Assembly (NCBI GenBank): GCA_964247055.1
Contig: OZ176052.1
Coordinates: 8,990,001 to 9,054,000 of the forward strand
Direction: 5' to 3'
Source: Paragordius varius
Taxonomy: Eukaryota; Animalia; Nematomorpha
DNA length: 64,000 nt
Under the pieces are notes generated by a model, which searched no databases, was not told where the DNA came from, and saw only the letters and a list, made by a program, of their open reading frames with translations. The translations under genes were made by a program, and so were the position numbers. Numbering within the stretch: the stretch's first letter is position 1; each line of letters opens with the position of its first letter. This document shows positions 40,701 through 55,081 of this stretch, piece by piece.

Positions 40701-43700
40701 AGGCAGCATTATACTAAATTACTGTGTTTCGATGGTAGAGAGTTGGTTTTATAAAAATATTGTGGTTCTTATTTTTACTTTTTTTTACCTTATTTTGGAA
40801 ATTTAAATTTTTATATATTAATTTAGAAAAAAAAGTTTATTTAATATAGCCAAATTTATAACTCACCCAATTATATCAGCCAGTTATATAAACTTTTTTG
40901 AATGCATTTTTTTGTGAAATTTAGGTTATCCACATAATCCAGGGCATATGATAAGACCTCCGTATTCTGGCCAAATGATGAATCCAACTGCATGGAAAGA
41001 GGTTTTATTATACATTTTGTTTAAAAAAACCCTATATCAAATATAAAATTTCATTTATACCATTTGCACTTCAAGAGTGTCCTTCAACTCAAGTTGAACA
41101 CTTCAAGTTGGTCCTTGGACAATTTAAGTTGGTCCTTAAAATTTGATTAACCATATTATATTCATTTATATTTTTATTTTATTATGTACAAACCTAATTT
41201 TCTTTATTTATTATATATTTATTATTTTAAAATAAAAATTTCTATTCAAAAACCACTTTTTTGTTTCAAACTAATTTTTTTCAATTTAACACAATTATTA
41301 ATTTTTTAATGTTTTCAAAGAAAATTTTTAAATAAAAACCCACAAAACTTATTTTTTTTGAATCACGTATTAAAATCTTATAAAAATCCAAAATAATTCT
41401 AATAAATTTATAGCAAACGGTTTCTGAATGATTAAAAGATAGTATTGAATTAAAATTTATGTTTAATGATAGAAAATATGTTTAAAACAATAAAATAGGT
41501 GAATAATATACGATCTAATAGAAAAAGTTAAAAAAACAAAAAAGTCAAAGGAGACCAACTTGAAGTGTTTAAGGACCAACTTGAAATGTTAAAGTATCAA
41601 CTTGAAGTGTTTAGGACCAACTTGAAGTGTTCAAGGACCAACTTGAAGTGTTCAAGGACCAACTTAAAATGTTCAAGGACCAACTTGAAGTGTTCAAGGA
41701 CACTCTTGAAGGCAAATGGTATATTTTAATTTTACATCCATTTATGTTCGATAGCAAAATCACCCACCTCTGATGTATAGCGGAGGAGCTAATAATCAAA
41801 ATTATCCCCATCAGGGACCCGAAGTGAATAATGTTAATCATCATGCTAATTATGGGAACAATAATAATAATGTCAATAATTCTCAATTTTCCGGATCTAC
41901 AGGTATAATTTATTTGATTATATTTAAACATTTGTTTCATATTCAATGATATGATTAAATATCATCTTTTCTCGATCTAAATATTTAATTAATATTCATA
42001 ATTTTGATGTGACATTTTTTTAGGCCCTTCTCATGGAAATGCAACTAATGTGGTATCCTCAATGAATATTGTCGAAAAAGTATTATATCATCCCCAAAAT
42101 ATGATACATTATATTATATTAATTTTTGAAATATTTATATTAGGTAGAACCAACAGAGGTAGAAATCGCACAAAAACCGCATTCATGCAAATTTTGTGGG
42201 ATGCGTTATAAATCGAAAGCAGGCCTAAATTATCATTACACTCATTCGCATAACATTGTGAGAGAAAAGAAAAAATGTAATTAATTTTATTAAACCATTA
42301 TTAACACTTATGAAAATTATTTAAATAATTTAATTTGGAAAGTTAATTCATTGATATATCTTATTTTTCTGATATACTTATAAATATAAATTAAGCTTGC
42401 CCATACCAAAAGGGTTAATAAATAAAATAAAACAAAATATATTATATGACCTGTTTTTTGCATGATTAAATTAATATTTGAATATTACGTTAGCCAATAC
42501 AAATGCGACAAGCAGTAACGGCAAAAGCTCGGATGCAACAACTCTCTCCACATCGTCTGGAACGTTGAAAACCCAAGGTAAGTTTCATTATTGAGATTTT
42601 GGATTTTTTTTAAATTAAGATAAATATTGGTGATTAGGAATGGGTTAATACCCTGTCCTTCACATATATATCGAGTGAAGAATAAATATTTTTTTAAACA
42701 ATAAAAATTTAATTTTTCAAGAGTAAAGGTTTATTATTGTAAAAACGAAATAAATCATTTAAATCAGCATAGTATTAAAATGGATTAATACAACTTTAGA
42801 TTCAAGCTTTATACCATTATTTCATATTTGTAAATGTATGTCAAATTTTACCGGTTGTTTTTGAAAGCGGTCACAGTCACGGATAACTATACACATCCAC
42901 CTTCCGGAGGATTATGTAATATTAAAATGAAATTTCAGGGGTATTTTTTGAAAACCTTGTTAGGTTTTGGCACAGATGAAGAAATAATTGTGGTTTGGTA
43001 GTTAAAATTCCGAATATTTGGTTTTGTTCTTTTCAGTGCACCCTTATCATTAATGTGCTTACTAATATTTTAGGACGTTCAATTGGTGATTGCCTGTTGG
43101 ATAATAATTCTAATAGTTTGGGAAGTTCTTTTGCCAGCTCCGAATCAAAAGTCGATGAAGATGGAGTCATCATAACTAATTCTAGAAGTTTGTTTAATTA
43201 TTGTATAATTTAAGTTCTTAAAAATGACTAATTTATGCCAGTAGATTAGATTAAGAATATATTGTTATTGCCAGAAACGTCTAACATACAAAATATAATT
43301 TATTTTTTAAATAATTAGGATCTATTGATTACGGAAGCAATCCGAATATGCATGTATTTAACTCAAATATCAACATAAATGAAACATCAAATATGAAAAA
43401 TGAGAATCAAAATGTCCAAAATGATAAGGAGGAACCGAATACTATCGAAACTACCAGTGATGAAAATGATAATACAAATAGGATATCGTTTGCTGGTTCC
43501 GAAACTGAAAATGATATTAATAGTAAAACCTTGATAGAAGCTGGTATATATTACGTTCCAACAATATTAATATTTAGGGCTATATAATTGCGCCATTGTA
43601 AAATAGTAGTTAAAATGAATAAATTTTAATAATACTCTCTTTATAGTCTTAATATTGAGGAATTTAAAATAAACAGGCTAAACTCACTATAATAATACAT

Positions 43701-44521
43701 AATATACAATAAAGTATATTTGTTTATAGATGATTCTGACCTACATATGTCACAAAAAGAAACTGGTATTTTTGAACCAGAAAATCTTCAAAACAACACC
43801 AATAACATGTGTTTCACTGCCCCTGTCACCGATATTACGGAACCAGATATTTCCAACAACATCCCTATTTCTAGTGTGACAACCACTTTAGATAATAATA
43901 ATAATCGTTCCGATAAAAATAAAACTGAAGTTTTCAGTACTACGCAATTGAATAGTGCTGTCCTTACATGTGATTTTTGTTTGGGTGATGCGTCTTGCAA
44001 TAAAAAAACGGGTTTGCCTGAGCGTTTAGTTACCTGTTCAGATTGTGGTCGGGCTGGGCATCCCTCCTGTTTACAATTTACACCAAACATATTGGTGTCT
44101 ATTGCCAAGTATCCTTGGCAATGCATTGAATGCAAATCATGTGGTTTGTGTGGGACTTCAGATAATGATGTACATATTTTTTTGCCAAAATAATTAATAT
44201 TCTCCTTAGTACATTTTAACATGTCCAAAACTATGTATTATTATTATTTTATTATTTAGGATCAATTATTGTTTTGTGATGATTGTGATCGTGGATACCA
44301 TATGTATTGTTTGGATCCACCGTTGTCCGAACCTCCTGAAGGTATATTAACTTGGTTCATGATATATTTGAAAAACTTTTCATTTGTCAGAAATAACTAT
44401 GCAATACATATATATTTTTATAGGTAATTGGAGTTGTCATTTGTGCATAGAGGAATTTGGTCCGCTGGCAAGCATCAATATTCAAAGTAAGGGTTCTTCT
44501 GCGCAAAATATTGCCGATTGA
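37735..44521 (+). CDS. d4: d4/DPF-family BAF45 subunit (Requiem-N fragment, C2H2 finger, double PHD finger); 5' end unresolved
   Basis: [18 protein letters not shown] (37735-37875). C2H2 [26 protein letters not shown] (~42175-42250). PHD pair CDFCLG...[15 protein letters not shown]...[53 protein letters not shown], stop at 44521. Middle low-complexity exons are approximate. Confidence 0.9.
41060..41719. mobile_element. Foldback-type element whose TIRs are built from 21-bp tandem repeats, inside a d4 intron
   Basis: TATA|CCATTTGCACTTCAAGAGTGTCCTT ... AAGGACACTCTTGAAGGCAAATGG|TATA. Unit AAGGACCAACTTGAAGTGTTC occurs about 3 times inverted on the left and about 7 times on the right. Confidence 0.8.
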
Positions 44522-47239
44522 ATTATTATACTATTTTCAAATTATATTTTTATGAAGTATTTTCATATTTATCAATCTCGCACCCTGCATTTTACCATAA
44601 TTTATTTTATAACATGTAATTAATAATGTATCCATAAAAATTATACTTAATTATTGCATAAGCTTTATTTTTTTGATCATGAATTGTAACAGGTTTATAA
44701 TAAATCTCGTTGTATGAAACAAAAAATACTATACTCCTTCTGATCTGGTTATAAAAATTTGTTCAAAAAATGTAAATCGTTCTTGTCATAAAAGGCATTT
44801 TTTTCGTTTACCTTAGGAGTAATATCTACAGAAGATACAGTATCCATTTACTTAAGGAAGTTTTTTTTGTTTTTTATTTTAAAGGTTAAACCATAATCTT
44901 TCATTTCGACTGTTTGTTGGTGCTAAGCCCGAAATCATAATTCTAGGCAAATTGATTTCCTAATTGGCCAAAAACATTTATATTTATGTTGGCATATTAT
45001 CACAAAGTATCTGAATTTTCACGTTATTTGCCTAAAAACTGTTTTAAACGATATTATTAAAAAAATAGTTTAAAGTCTTATTTTTCTTTTAATTTTGTGG
45101 AAGACTTAAATTGTATCAGAACTTATAAAAGGTTTAACACCGGCTTCCCAGGGCTGATAGTGATGATCGAAAATAGCGCGGTTTCAGGGTTCAAAATTTG
45201 GTACACCACACACTTTCTAAATAATTTGTATATTTAACTTGGCGTAAATCATTTAACATATCCCATTTTTATTTAATTAATTTTTCATTTGACCATTTAT
45301 GGTAAAATTAATAGGATATCCTCCAATAAGCTTTACAAATCAATCTTATATTAATCATCATTTATGAATTTTAAATCCATTTAAATTTGGCACGCTAGAT
45401 ATATTAATTATCTTGTTTATATAAGGTTACCGATTTACAATTTAATGGGGACAGATTATTTCAGTTTGATAAAACCGGTATTAGACTCATTAAATGTTTG
45501 CAAAACCAAAAACGGTTTCCTCCCAGTCAATCATATCCATCTAATTCGTAATTTGAAATTCAAACAATTTAAAATATTTAAGCTTTCAATCTTCATATTC
45601 TCCCCATTAAAAAGGCAAAATATTGAAAAGAATATATAAAAGCCCCTCATATACCACTTCCCTAACAATGTTCATGTTTGAGGGACTTCTTTCCCCATTG
45701 CATAAAAGATTGGTGGCAGTTACAATTTTGGCTGAAATCTTATATGGAAATGAAAATAGATCCATATAAATACATTACAAATTTTATTATCTAACTGGTT
45801 CCGGCAAGATTTTAGTTTAACATCATAACTAAAATATCTGGTTATATCCTTGTATTTTTGGAATCATTAACTTTTATGGATATTTTTTGTTGAAAAACAT
45901 GTATAAGTAGACGTTTTGCCAATAACAAAAACAATATGTCAAATAAAATAATAGCTCGTATTATTCCGAATTTTTTGAAATTATCCCGCACACATATATC
46001 CTTTCAAAGGTATCAAATATATTATTTATTTATTTTAACATATTTCAGAATAATCAAAATTTTTAAATTTTCTGTAAGTGACTGCACTCTCTTTTCGGAC
46101 ATTGTAGATGCATATTTTATAAAGGTCTCCTTCGTTCGAACTTTTGTTCAAATATAATATAAAAACTTATTAACTTCCTCTTTATAAGCGGGAGGAGAAA
46201 TGACATAAAACGTATGACAATCAATAGTGCCTTCACAATTTTAATCAGGATGTGGCTGCCTTCCGCTACTTTTTGTCCAGCTCGCCAAAAATTAAAAATT
46301 TATATTAATTCTAAATTTGCAATATTTCATTAATTCAATACACCATAATTGGTAAAACTAATAATATAAATTGTTATTTTTAACCAATTTAAAGTTCAAA
46401 TTTTTAGTTATTAATTTTCTAAACTCAGATATCGATTAAATTTCATAAACACCATTATTGTGCTAAAATAATTATGAAAACATATTGTCCCCCTTGAATA
46501 TTTTAAACACGGTTTTCTTAATCACGTAAAAATTGAACATTTTTGCTGTTTTGATATCACAATAAATTTTTTTATGCACCGTAAAGGTACCCACCCATAT
46601 TTATATATTTTTATATAAAATAATTATAAGCTTGATTCAAAAAATGTACCTCTATAATCACAACTTTTCAAATATTGGCAACGAAATATTTAGCACTCTT
46701 AATGGTAAAAATTAGTGGTTGTACTGTATTTGTAAAAGAAACTCTCCTTAAAAATTTTTTCATGTATCTAAGACTCTTATGCGTCCCGCACAAATTCTTA
46801 AATTGTAAATATGGCCCGTGACATCATTTGTGTTGGATACCCTGTTCTCAATATTTATATATGCTATAATATAATATATATGCATTTAAAGTTTAATCTG
46901 AAATTTTTGGCCTGATAAAATTTTGCCAATAATTAAGCCATTCACCAAAAATCCAAAAAATATAGGCAAAATGTTTAAAATGAATATTTTTTTAAATTAA
47001 ACATTTTACAATGTTTCATAAAAAAACGTTTAGAATGCTGCAGCATTTTTATGAAAAGACAAATAGAATTATTAAATAAAATAAAAAATCGGTAAAAAAA
47101 TATCTCAAAGAATAAAATGAACCTATAAGAACTGAAATACGCGATTTTTTATTAGCAAAAAACATATTTAATGAAAGTTAATAAGCAAAAATATTTTTGT
47201 TGTATTTTTTTAACAAAGTCTTATAAAGTGAGCACTTTG

Positions 47240-48410
47240 TTTTTTCGGGTAGTTGTGCAACTAGAGCTATTTTAATTCGCATAGTCTGAATATAGATATT
47301 GGGCCAACTCAAATATACATTTTAGCCTTTTATGCGCATGATGCAAAAAAATGTTAAAAATGTAAAATTGGAAAAAATCTCAACTCAAACTTTTTGCCGT
47401 CATTTTTTGGATATTTATTAAAGAGCTAATACAACAGGTAATTAAGTGCATATTACACTGCCTCCATAAACGAGGGAAAAAAGTAGTCTGAAAAAATATA
47501 TATATTCTGATATGAAAATGTATCAGGATTTTTATGGTGCTTTTGGTTTTGGCTCTTACTAGTCATTTAAGAAAGTTATTTCCACTTTTGTGGTAAGTGC
47601 TCCATATCAGAAATGGCAAAAGTTCACCGAAATAATATTTTCAAAAAATTTTAATTTTTAGATATGAACTCCGAAAGTCTCAAACTTTTTTGCTCTTCTA
47701 AAATGAGCTAATACTCTTAAAAACGAAAAAACTCCGGGATTTCATTATAAAAATTTTAGATATATAAAAATGCATACTTTTCAAAAATCTTATTGTTTAG
47801 CAAAACTTTGTTGAAGCGCACTTCATACCTTTTGAGTCATGATGGAAACAGTGTGAAAGCGCTTTAAAATATCATTAAAAACACTTTTTTATGTAATTTG
47901 ATGATGCTGAACATTTTTATCACCTCAGAATTCTGATTATAATAATCAACGTTCTTCTTCAAATTCATGTTATATCAATATTGTGTTTTTGTTATAAAAA
48001 TTTACTTCAACGAAATATCTGAATAGATCTGTTCGGCATCATAATTATATAGATAAAGTCTTTTTATATAAGCGATTGTTAACCGTTTTCATCATGACTT
48101 AAAATAGTATGAATTAAGCTTTCCAAAATTTTGCTAAAAATTAAATTTTTGAAAAAAGTATGTATTTTTAACTCTTTATTTTATTTTTATCCTAGATTGC
48201 TTTTTGGGGTAGTTTTATACAGAATCATTGTTTGCAATAGCGATTTAAAAAATATATAGAAAAAAATGGCGGCAAAGTTTTATAAAAAAATCTTCATAAT
48301 GCGCTCAAAGACTAGAGAAAGCATATTTGTGAATTCCACATAATATCTTAAATACTTTTAAAGATAAATTTTAAATCGTTTTGGGATATATATCTACCCT
48401 AAAAGGTAAG
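47240..48410. repeat. MITE-like copy with degenerate inverted arms, carrying a nested insertion from 47456
   Basis: tttttgccgtcatttttt (~47392) versus aaaaaaatggcggcaaag (~48260), and gggtag/ctaccc near the ends. Confidence 0.55.
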
Positions 48411-49656
48411 GTAGTGTTAAAAAAAATATTTTTAGTGGATCTCAAATTTTAGCATATTTAATTTGTATCGCCCGATCCCGATATTTTTGCGTTTTTAAGT
48501 ACTACTCATTTCCGAGCAAAAATATTTGGGACCTTCGGAGCCCACATCTAAAATTTAAATTTTTTATATTATTTTGCTTTTTACACATGGTTGATATATT
48601 TAGCGTTTTCTCTAGACAGTGATGGCAAATTTTGCCATTTACTGATATAGAGCACTTACCACAAATTTCCTTCCACTCATAAAGGCCAAAATAAAAAGCA
48701 CTATGATAATCCTAATACATTTTCGTAATTTTTTTCGTAGGCACAGTCGCATGGTTTAACATTGAGAATGATTACAATTAAAAAACATTCAGATTATATT
48801 TTTATAGCAATTATTTTTTTTAAAAAAAGACTGTTTGTTACATTCGGGTTTTAAAGTTATCGCAATTAGAAATTATTGGCAGATAATATTACAGGAGAAA
48901 AATGTTTAATAATAATTATAACCATAAAAACTTTTAAAAGAGTAGTTGATTAATTTTAAACAATGGGGTACAAATGCCGTAAATGTAACTGCAAAAAAAT
49001 TAAAATGTAATCAAGTGCTAATTTTAAATTTTATTATTCATGTATACATTAAAAAGATTACTAGGGTAAAATATTGAAGATAAAAATTTTTGCAAATTTC
49101 ATTTTTGAGAAACATAAATGGTCCCAGTATGCAATTCTTAACCTTGGCTTATGTCAAATAATTTAATATTATTTATAATTTAAAATCCCTTGTGGCATCA
49201 TTCCAAAAGTTGAGAGGCATAGCCGATTTAGACGGCATGCTATAAAAGTTTGACTTTTTTAAATGATAATATCAATAATAATTATAATTTGGGCTGGACC
49301 AATCTATTTTGATAACTGTATTTGCGTTAAAACAATCGAACAAATAAGACAAAATCTAAAATACGTTATTTATATTTGATTAACTAGCCATTAGGTTAAC
49401 ACAAAGAGTTATTGACAAGGAATTATCAATATACGATATAAACCCTATCAAGATTTTTTTGTGACTTGGTCATTGTCACTAGAGTTCATAAAAACAAGAT
49501 TTTTTTTATTAAAAAATAATGGTAATCAAATTAGTTATAAACAGTTATTTGTTGCACTGTCTTTATTGTCCCCATTATGCAATATCTATTTCTATCATAA
49601 GATCTCCAGCTGTTCCATGGCACTACTTTCAAAATCTTGCCAAAACTGGTTTGAAA

Positions 49657-51521
49657 ATGCATCTAGTGAAGGTATTTTTTAATATATAAAAAAGGTGCCT
49701 TTGGAGGATCCATCTTTATTATACCGACCTGAAACCAACTTTAGAAATTATGAGGTCAAAATATTTTATATTGTAGATTGATAAGGGGTGCCCTGAACAT
49801 GTCAAACGTACATATTATGATATGCATAAATCACAAACTCTAGATTTTGTCAGAAAAAAAGTAATAGTAAATCTAAAAATTAGCATCTAAAATGGCTACA
49901 GTTTAATCATATTAAATTAACAATAATGGAAGCTCTAGAATTAATGAATCTCATAATTGATGAAAGCGACCCTGATGTACATATTTTGATAAAACTTTTA
50001 TTTTAGACATCCCTCCCTAATATAGTACACTCATTTCAAACTGCTGAAAGGATTCGGGATCAATATCCCAAAGACGGTATTTCGTAGTATTTATTAAGAA
50101 GAGATACCTCATAAAGTCATAATTATTTTTGTTTATTATCTTAATATCTCATTTGGCCAAGAAATCATATTGTCAAGTTGTAAACAATTATCAATCATTT
50201 GTTTCTAAATTGATATTTTTTTTTAAAATAAACAATAAAAATGTTATTAAAATATTAATATAATAGACTGTGGACAGTTATATTACAACATCTGTTTGAT
50301 AGGATTAGAACGCTTATTGATTTCTTTAATTATAATTATTAGTTTATTAATATCTCCGAAATTATTGGATTGAAAAATATATTATTTAATTTCAAACAAA
50401 AATAAAACTTCTAATTAATGCATTAACGAGATGTCAATGTCCTTTATCAAATTTATTTACCAATTTGGTAAGGTCTCCAATCTCCTACATCAAAACCTCG
50501 TTTAACCAAAAATAAGGATTTTATATTTAATATATTTTACAAAGAGAATACGATATGGTTACTGCCCCTGGGATTTTAATATTTTTTATTCACCTCAGTT
50601 TTAGGACCATTCATTAAAATTAAATGTTTTATTTGAATTCTTTGAAGATTGGTTCCATTTAACTGGACTCATACACGATATGGGGAAAATTTTAGCTATC
50701 ATTGATCCCTCTGAACCACAATGGGCTATTGTTGGAGACACATATCCACTAGGGTGTGCTTTATCGCCTCACATTGTTTTTGGAAAACAAAGTTTTGCCG
50801 GAAACAAAGATTGGTTTGATAACGATTCCAAACCGAGTCAACTATACTAGTATCTACATTTACTATAAAATTTGAATTTTTTGCTAAATAAACACATTTA
50901 TATTCTTTCATCTGTCCAAAATAAGTTTAGAATAAGTGTTTTACCATTTTGTATGAATGAATCAAATCATATTGGATTTTTTAGCTTTTTTACGTTTATT
51001 TTATTTTTATAGTTCTCCGAATGGGATATACGAAGCTAATTGTGGGCTTAATAAATTAATTATGTCCTGGGGACATGATGGTATTAATTGATGAATTTAT
51101 CATTATTTTATAATTGATTTCAGGATATTATATTTTTTTGCTTTTTATTGAATATATTTATATCTAGAATATCTCTATCAAGTATTAAAACATAATACTA
51201 ATAATCTACCAGATATTGCTTGCAACATTATAAGGTAATTATATAGATAATATATGTAAACTTGAATCTTATTATAATGTTATTTCAAATGTTACATTTA
51301 ATAGATTTCATTCGTTCTATCCATGGCATAAAAGTGGGGCTTATACCCATTTATGCACCGATGAAGATTTGACAAAAACACTCAAATATGTGCAGATTTT
51401 TAATGGTTTTGATCTCTATTCCAAATCCGACTCCATTCCCGACATTGGTGCAATCAAACCCTATTATAATGATTTAATTACGAAATATTTTGGCTCTACT
51501 GAACGGAAACTTCAATTTTAA
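49657..51521 (+). CDS. MIOX: Myo-inositol oxygenase, 291 aa, 9 exons
   Basis: Exons 49657-49671, 49695-49754, 49777-49860, 49884-49976, 50007-50076, 50648-50849, 51013-51080, 51168-51234, 51305-51521 total 876 nt. [80 protein letters not shown]. Confidence 0.95.
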
Positions 51522-52649
51522 CCTATCTTCTTTTATATTACTTATATTTATTTTAAAATTTTATTTTAAATGCTCAAAACAATGCAAAGTTAACGACACA
51601 AAAGACTATTTATTAGTTTATTTTTAATGTATGTATCTTATTTTTAACAAGATAATATATTTGGCAAATAACAATTACAATAAATTTTTAATACATATTT
51701 TTATATCCTGATATCAAATGTTTATATTTAAATTACTGATTTCTTTGCCCTTGACCCTATGTAATTTTCTATCTAGGGATTATGACCTTGTAATCATCAA
51801 TAATAAGTAATTATAAGCGTCTTTTGGATGTTTACTAAACATTAATTCGTTATGGGTTCTAGAATTGCCTCTATTATTTTGCTTTAAAAACTCTTTATTT
51901 GGTATAACTTAAAGTTTTTCGGATCCATTAAATATTTAATAATTATTAAAGCCCTTAGTATATATGACAATTATGATCAAAACTAACACTTAAATTAACT
52001 TGAAACTTACCAAAACAACAGTTAAACCATGGAAAATAAAGAAACATAACGAAACACGATTGCATAAATATGAACGGCATCCAATCGTATTATCACAACT
52101 TGAAATTACTTTGATTCAATAAATTCTCGTTTTGTGCAGTTATAATAATTGATATCAAGGCAAAATCTTCATGTAAGATAATGAGATTAGCCTTGATTAT
52201 TATTAACGTCATTTTATAAAAAACATGTTGGTAAAGAATTAATACTTAAAAACGGAAAAGTTGTGTCACTGCTCTGTCAAGCTCTCTTAACACTATACGG
52301 CTCGATTGCATAAAAATTGACCCATGCTTAATGTTTTTATCAGGGTTCATTTAAAAATAGAAAAGGGGTGGTTCCTAAAATTTTGGAACCGAAACCGGTT
52401 TGGTTTCAGCCCAGCGAAACCGGTTCCTGCTTTGTCTAGGTAATTCACGTCGCTAATCTAGATATATGTTTTATGTTTCAATAAACTTTGTTTATAACCA
52501 TTGATTATCCACCTAAATAAGAGAAATGCTTAAGGCATGTTACGGAAATGTGGTCAAATTCATATAAGTTTATTAAAAAATTTGGTTATAATAATATATT
52601 TTTCAGCAATCATTACATATATGTGTTTATAAAACAAAATCAAACATAA

Positions 52650-53834
52650 TTAAACATAACAAACGTCCAACCCTTTAAAGAGAACAGAGTTGATTCCAGA
52701 ATTGAAAACACCAACGTGATTAAATGAATGTTGTTCGAATGTGTATGGTAGTATTTGTTGTGTAACAATATAATGTTTTCTTTTCTGTTGGGGTTTATTT
52801 TCATTCGCTGTCGTAGATGGTATACGTTTCCCTAATTTTGAATAACAATGTAATATGATGGTAAGATTTTCGGTTTGACCCCTATCTAAAATGACAAAAT
52901 ATACATCTGTTATATTTTCTGGGATAGTAAGCGTATCACACACCATTGCTTCTTTCCCTTCATTGTTTTTATTGTATTCGGGTTTTGTTAAACCTTCATA
53001 CAAATCTGCCGAATGAATTAGGCATGCATAGGAAATTATTATGCGCGTTTCGTATTGATCTGTCTCACTGCTTCCTGGAATATTTGTTGGGGCATGACAT
53101 AAAAGACGTGTTTCAATGGTTATCTGCAAACCTTGATATTCATTAAGACCAGTACTAGTTGTAGATGTGGATGCCGTATCACCTAAAGATGATAATGCTA
53201 AAACGTTGGGAGGTATTAACGATTTCTTACGCACTGTACTTGTTCGAGGAGGAGTAGTCGGAATTCCTGACATTAAATGTACGGAGGTAAGATCGGGTTT
53301 AGCTCTAACTAAAAAACTTATTGAACTTTCGCATTCACTAGTGAGTGGATTCATGTCATCAACCGAAAAATGAAATGACCCATAAAATTTGACGAAATTG
53401 TTGGTTGTGGGATAATTTTTGGAGCTTAGCACAAGAGCCATGGGTTGAATAGTTAGGACATTAGGGGCTGTAGGAAAAATGGAGCAATTAACATCCAGCT
53501 CAACTAATTCAGGTTTGAAAGACCATTTTGTTGTATCGTAAACGTCATCATAAACGCAATAAATTAGAGTATTGATGAAACCATGAATATCCCAAGTAAA
53601 GGGGTTAACTATATTAGACTGAGGAGGTGGATAACTAGTGCGTAATGATTTGGGTTGGCTTAAATAATTGATTGGTACAGAATTTTTGAGTGATGTAGGC
53701 GCTTTATATGTATAGAATGAATTTTGTTGTAAAATGGGTTTGTTGAATGGTGCCACTTTCTCATACTTTAAGAATGGATTACAAAAAGGTCTTAAATTTC
53801 GCAATTTCCCTAAACTAACCATATTTTCATCCAT
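52650..53834 (-). CDS. Unidentified protein; 394-codon ORF, possibly a large first exon of a longer gene
   Basis: 1185-nt ATG-initiated ORF, far longer than expected by chance at this AT content. A possible donor GAC|GTTTGT lies near the end. No family recognised. Confidence 0.7.
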   Translation of the reverse strand: MDENMVSLGKLRNLRPFCNPFLKYEKVAPFNKPILQQNSFYTYKAPTSLKNSVPINYLSQPKSLRTSYPPPQSNIVNPFTWDIHGFINTLIYCVYDDVYDTTKWSFKPELVELDVNCSIFPTAPNVLTIQPMALVLSSKNYPTTNNFVKFYGSFHFSVDDMNPLTSECESSISFLVRAKPDLTSVHLMSGIPTTPPRTSTVRKKSLIPPNVLALSSLGDTASTSTTSTGLNEYQGLQITIETRLLCHAPTNIPGSSETDQYETRIIISYACLIHSADLYEGLTKPEYNKNNEGKEAMVCDTLTIPENITDVYFVILDRGQTENLTIILHCYSKLGKRIPSTTANENKPQQKRKHYIVTQQILPYTFEQHSFNHVGVFNSGINSVLFKGLDVCYV

Positions 53835-55081
53835 TATACGTCATTTTGCGTCATAGACAAAGTGTTTGTTATAATTATAATAAAGCGTGAATATTATAAC
53901 AAAAATTAATTTTTTCCTATACATCTCTTCATAGGTTTAGTAAATAATAAGCACTCAATATTAACCAAATATATGAAGATTAGGCCTTTACTACATGATG
54001 GAAAATTAAAATCAACCTACGAGAAATAATTGGGTTATCTCGACCCAAAAAATCAAACCAATTCGGAAATGATCGCAAAAATGTTCAATTATTTAAAAAT
54101 GGAATTCAGTATTTAGCCTGGCCGAAAAGCCGATCTGACCGCTTACAAATGCACTCATACATGATCATATCCAATCAATTTTACAAAAAATGAAAATTAA
54201 AATAACAAAAAACCAATAGTACAAAAATTATCGAGAATAACCATAAAATTTGATTAAATTAAAAACACAACTTTTGACATTAAGTTTGATTTCGCAACAA
54301 CAGTGGGTACACCATGGTTCAACGTGGCAATAATGAAACCATAAGCTATATAAGTCGCCAATAATATTTTAAGATAACTTACGAAGTTGAAAAATGTGAA
54401 CTTTTTTCTTTCATAAAAGTATTTTTAAAATATATTATTTCCTAAATAAAAACCGTTATCTAACAACCCTTTAAAGAAACACCTTTTTTATTAAAAGCCA
54501 TTTATCTACGTTTCTATTTCGAAAAGCAAATGAGACTCTTTTTTACTTAAGAAAGTTGCTTTTAGAGCTGTTTTTTGACTGATATAAAAGATTCGCTAAA
54601 TTTATATGCTTAATTATTATTTTATATTTACCAGAAAAAATCAAAATTATTAGATTTGTGTAAATCGGTGACAGACACATTCATAATCTATCAAACCCCA
54701 GTTAAGATTAATTTATTTTAAACTACCATGTCACGTCACATGTCGCTGTGACGCAGTCAAATCATTTTACTATCTTGAATAAATATTTTTGAATGTTGCA
54801 AAACTAAACATTTTAACAAAAATAATAATTTTAATAAAAATTTATTATGAATGAAGAAAATTATATATTATTAATTATAAATCCATATTCAACATAAGCC
54901 TAAAATGCACTATATCACATAATTTGTTGACATGTTTTCCTATTAAAGATATAGGTGTAACTCCCATATAAACTTCCAATCAGAAGCATCAATGCATGCG
55001 AAATGTTTTGATAACACATAACCATATTCTAATAAAAAATAGTCAAAATCAAAAAAGCGTACATAAAATTATATTTAAAAT

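Noticed and set aside
41611-41946. 111-aa minus-strand ORF with SWSLNTS repeats
   Set aside because: It is the translation of the 21-bp foldback repeats and the antisense of a d4 exon.
45155-45200. C/D snoRNA suggested by GTGATGA
   Set aside because: No downstream CTGA D box or terminal stem at a suitable distance.
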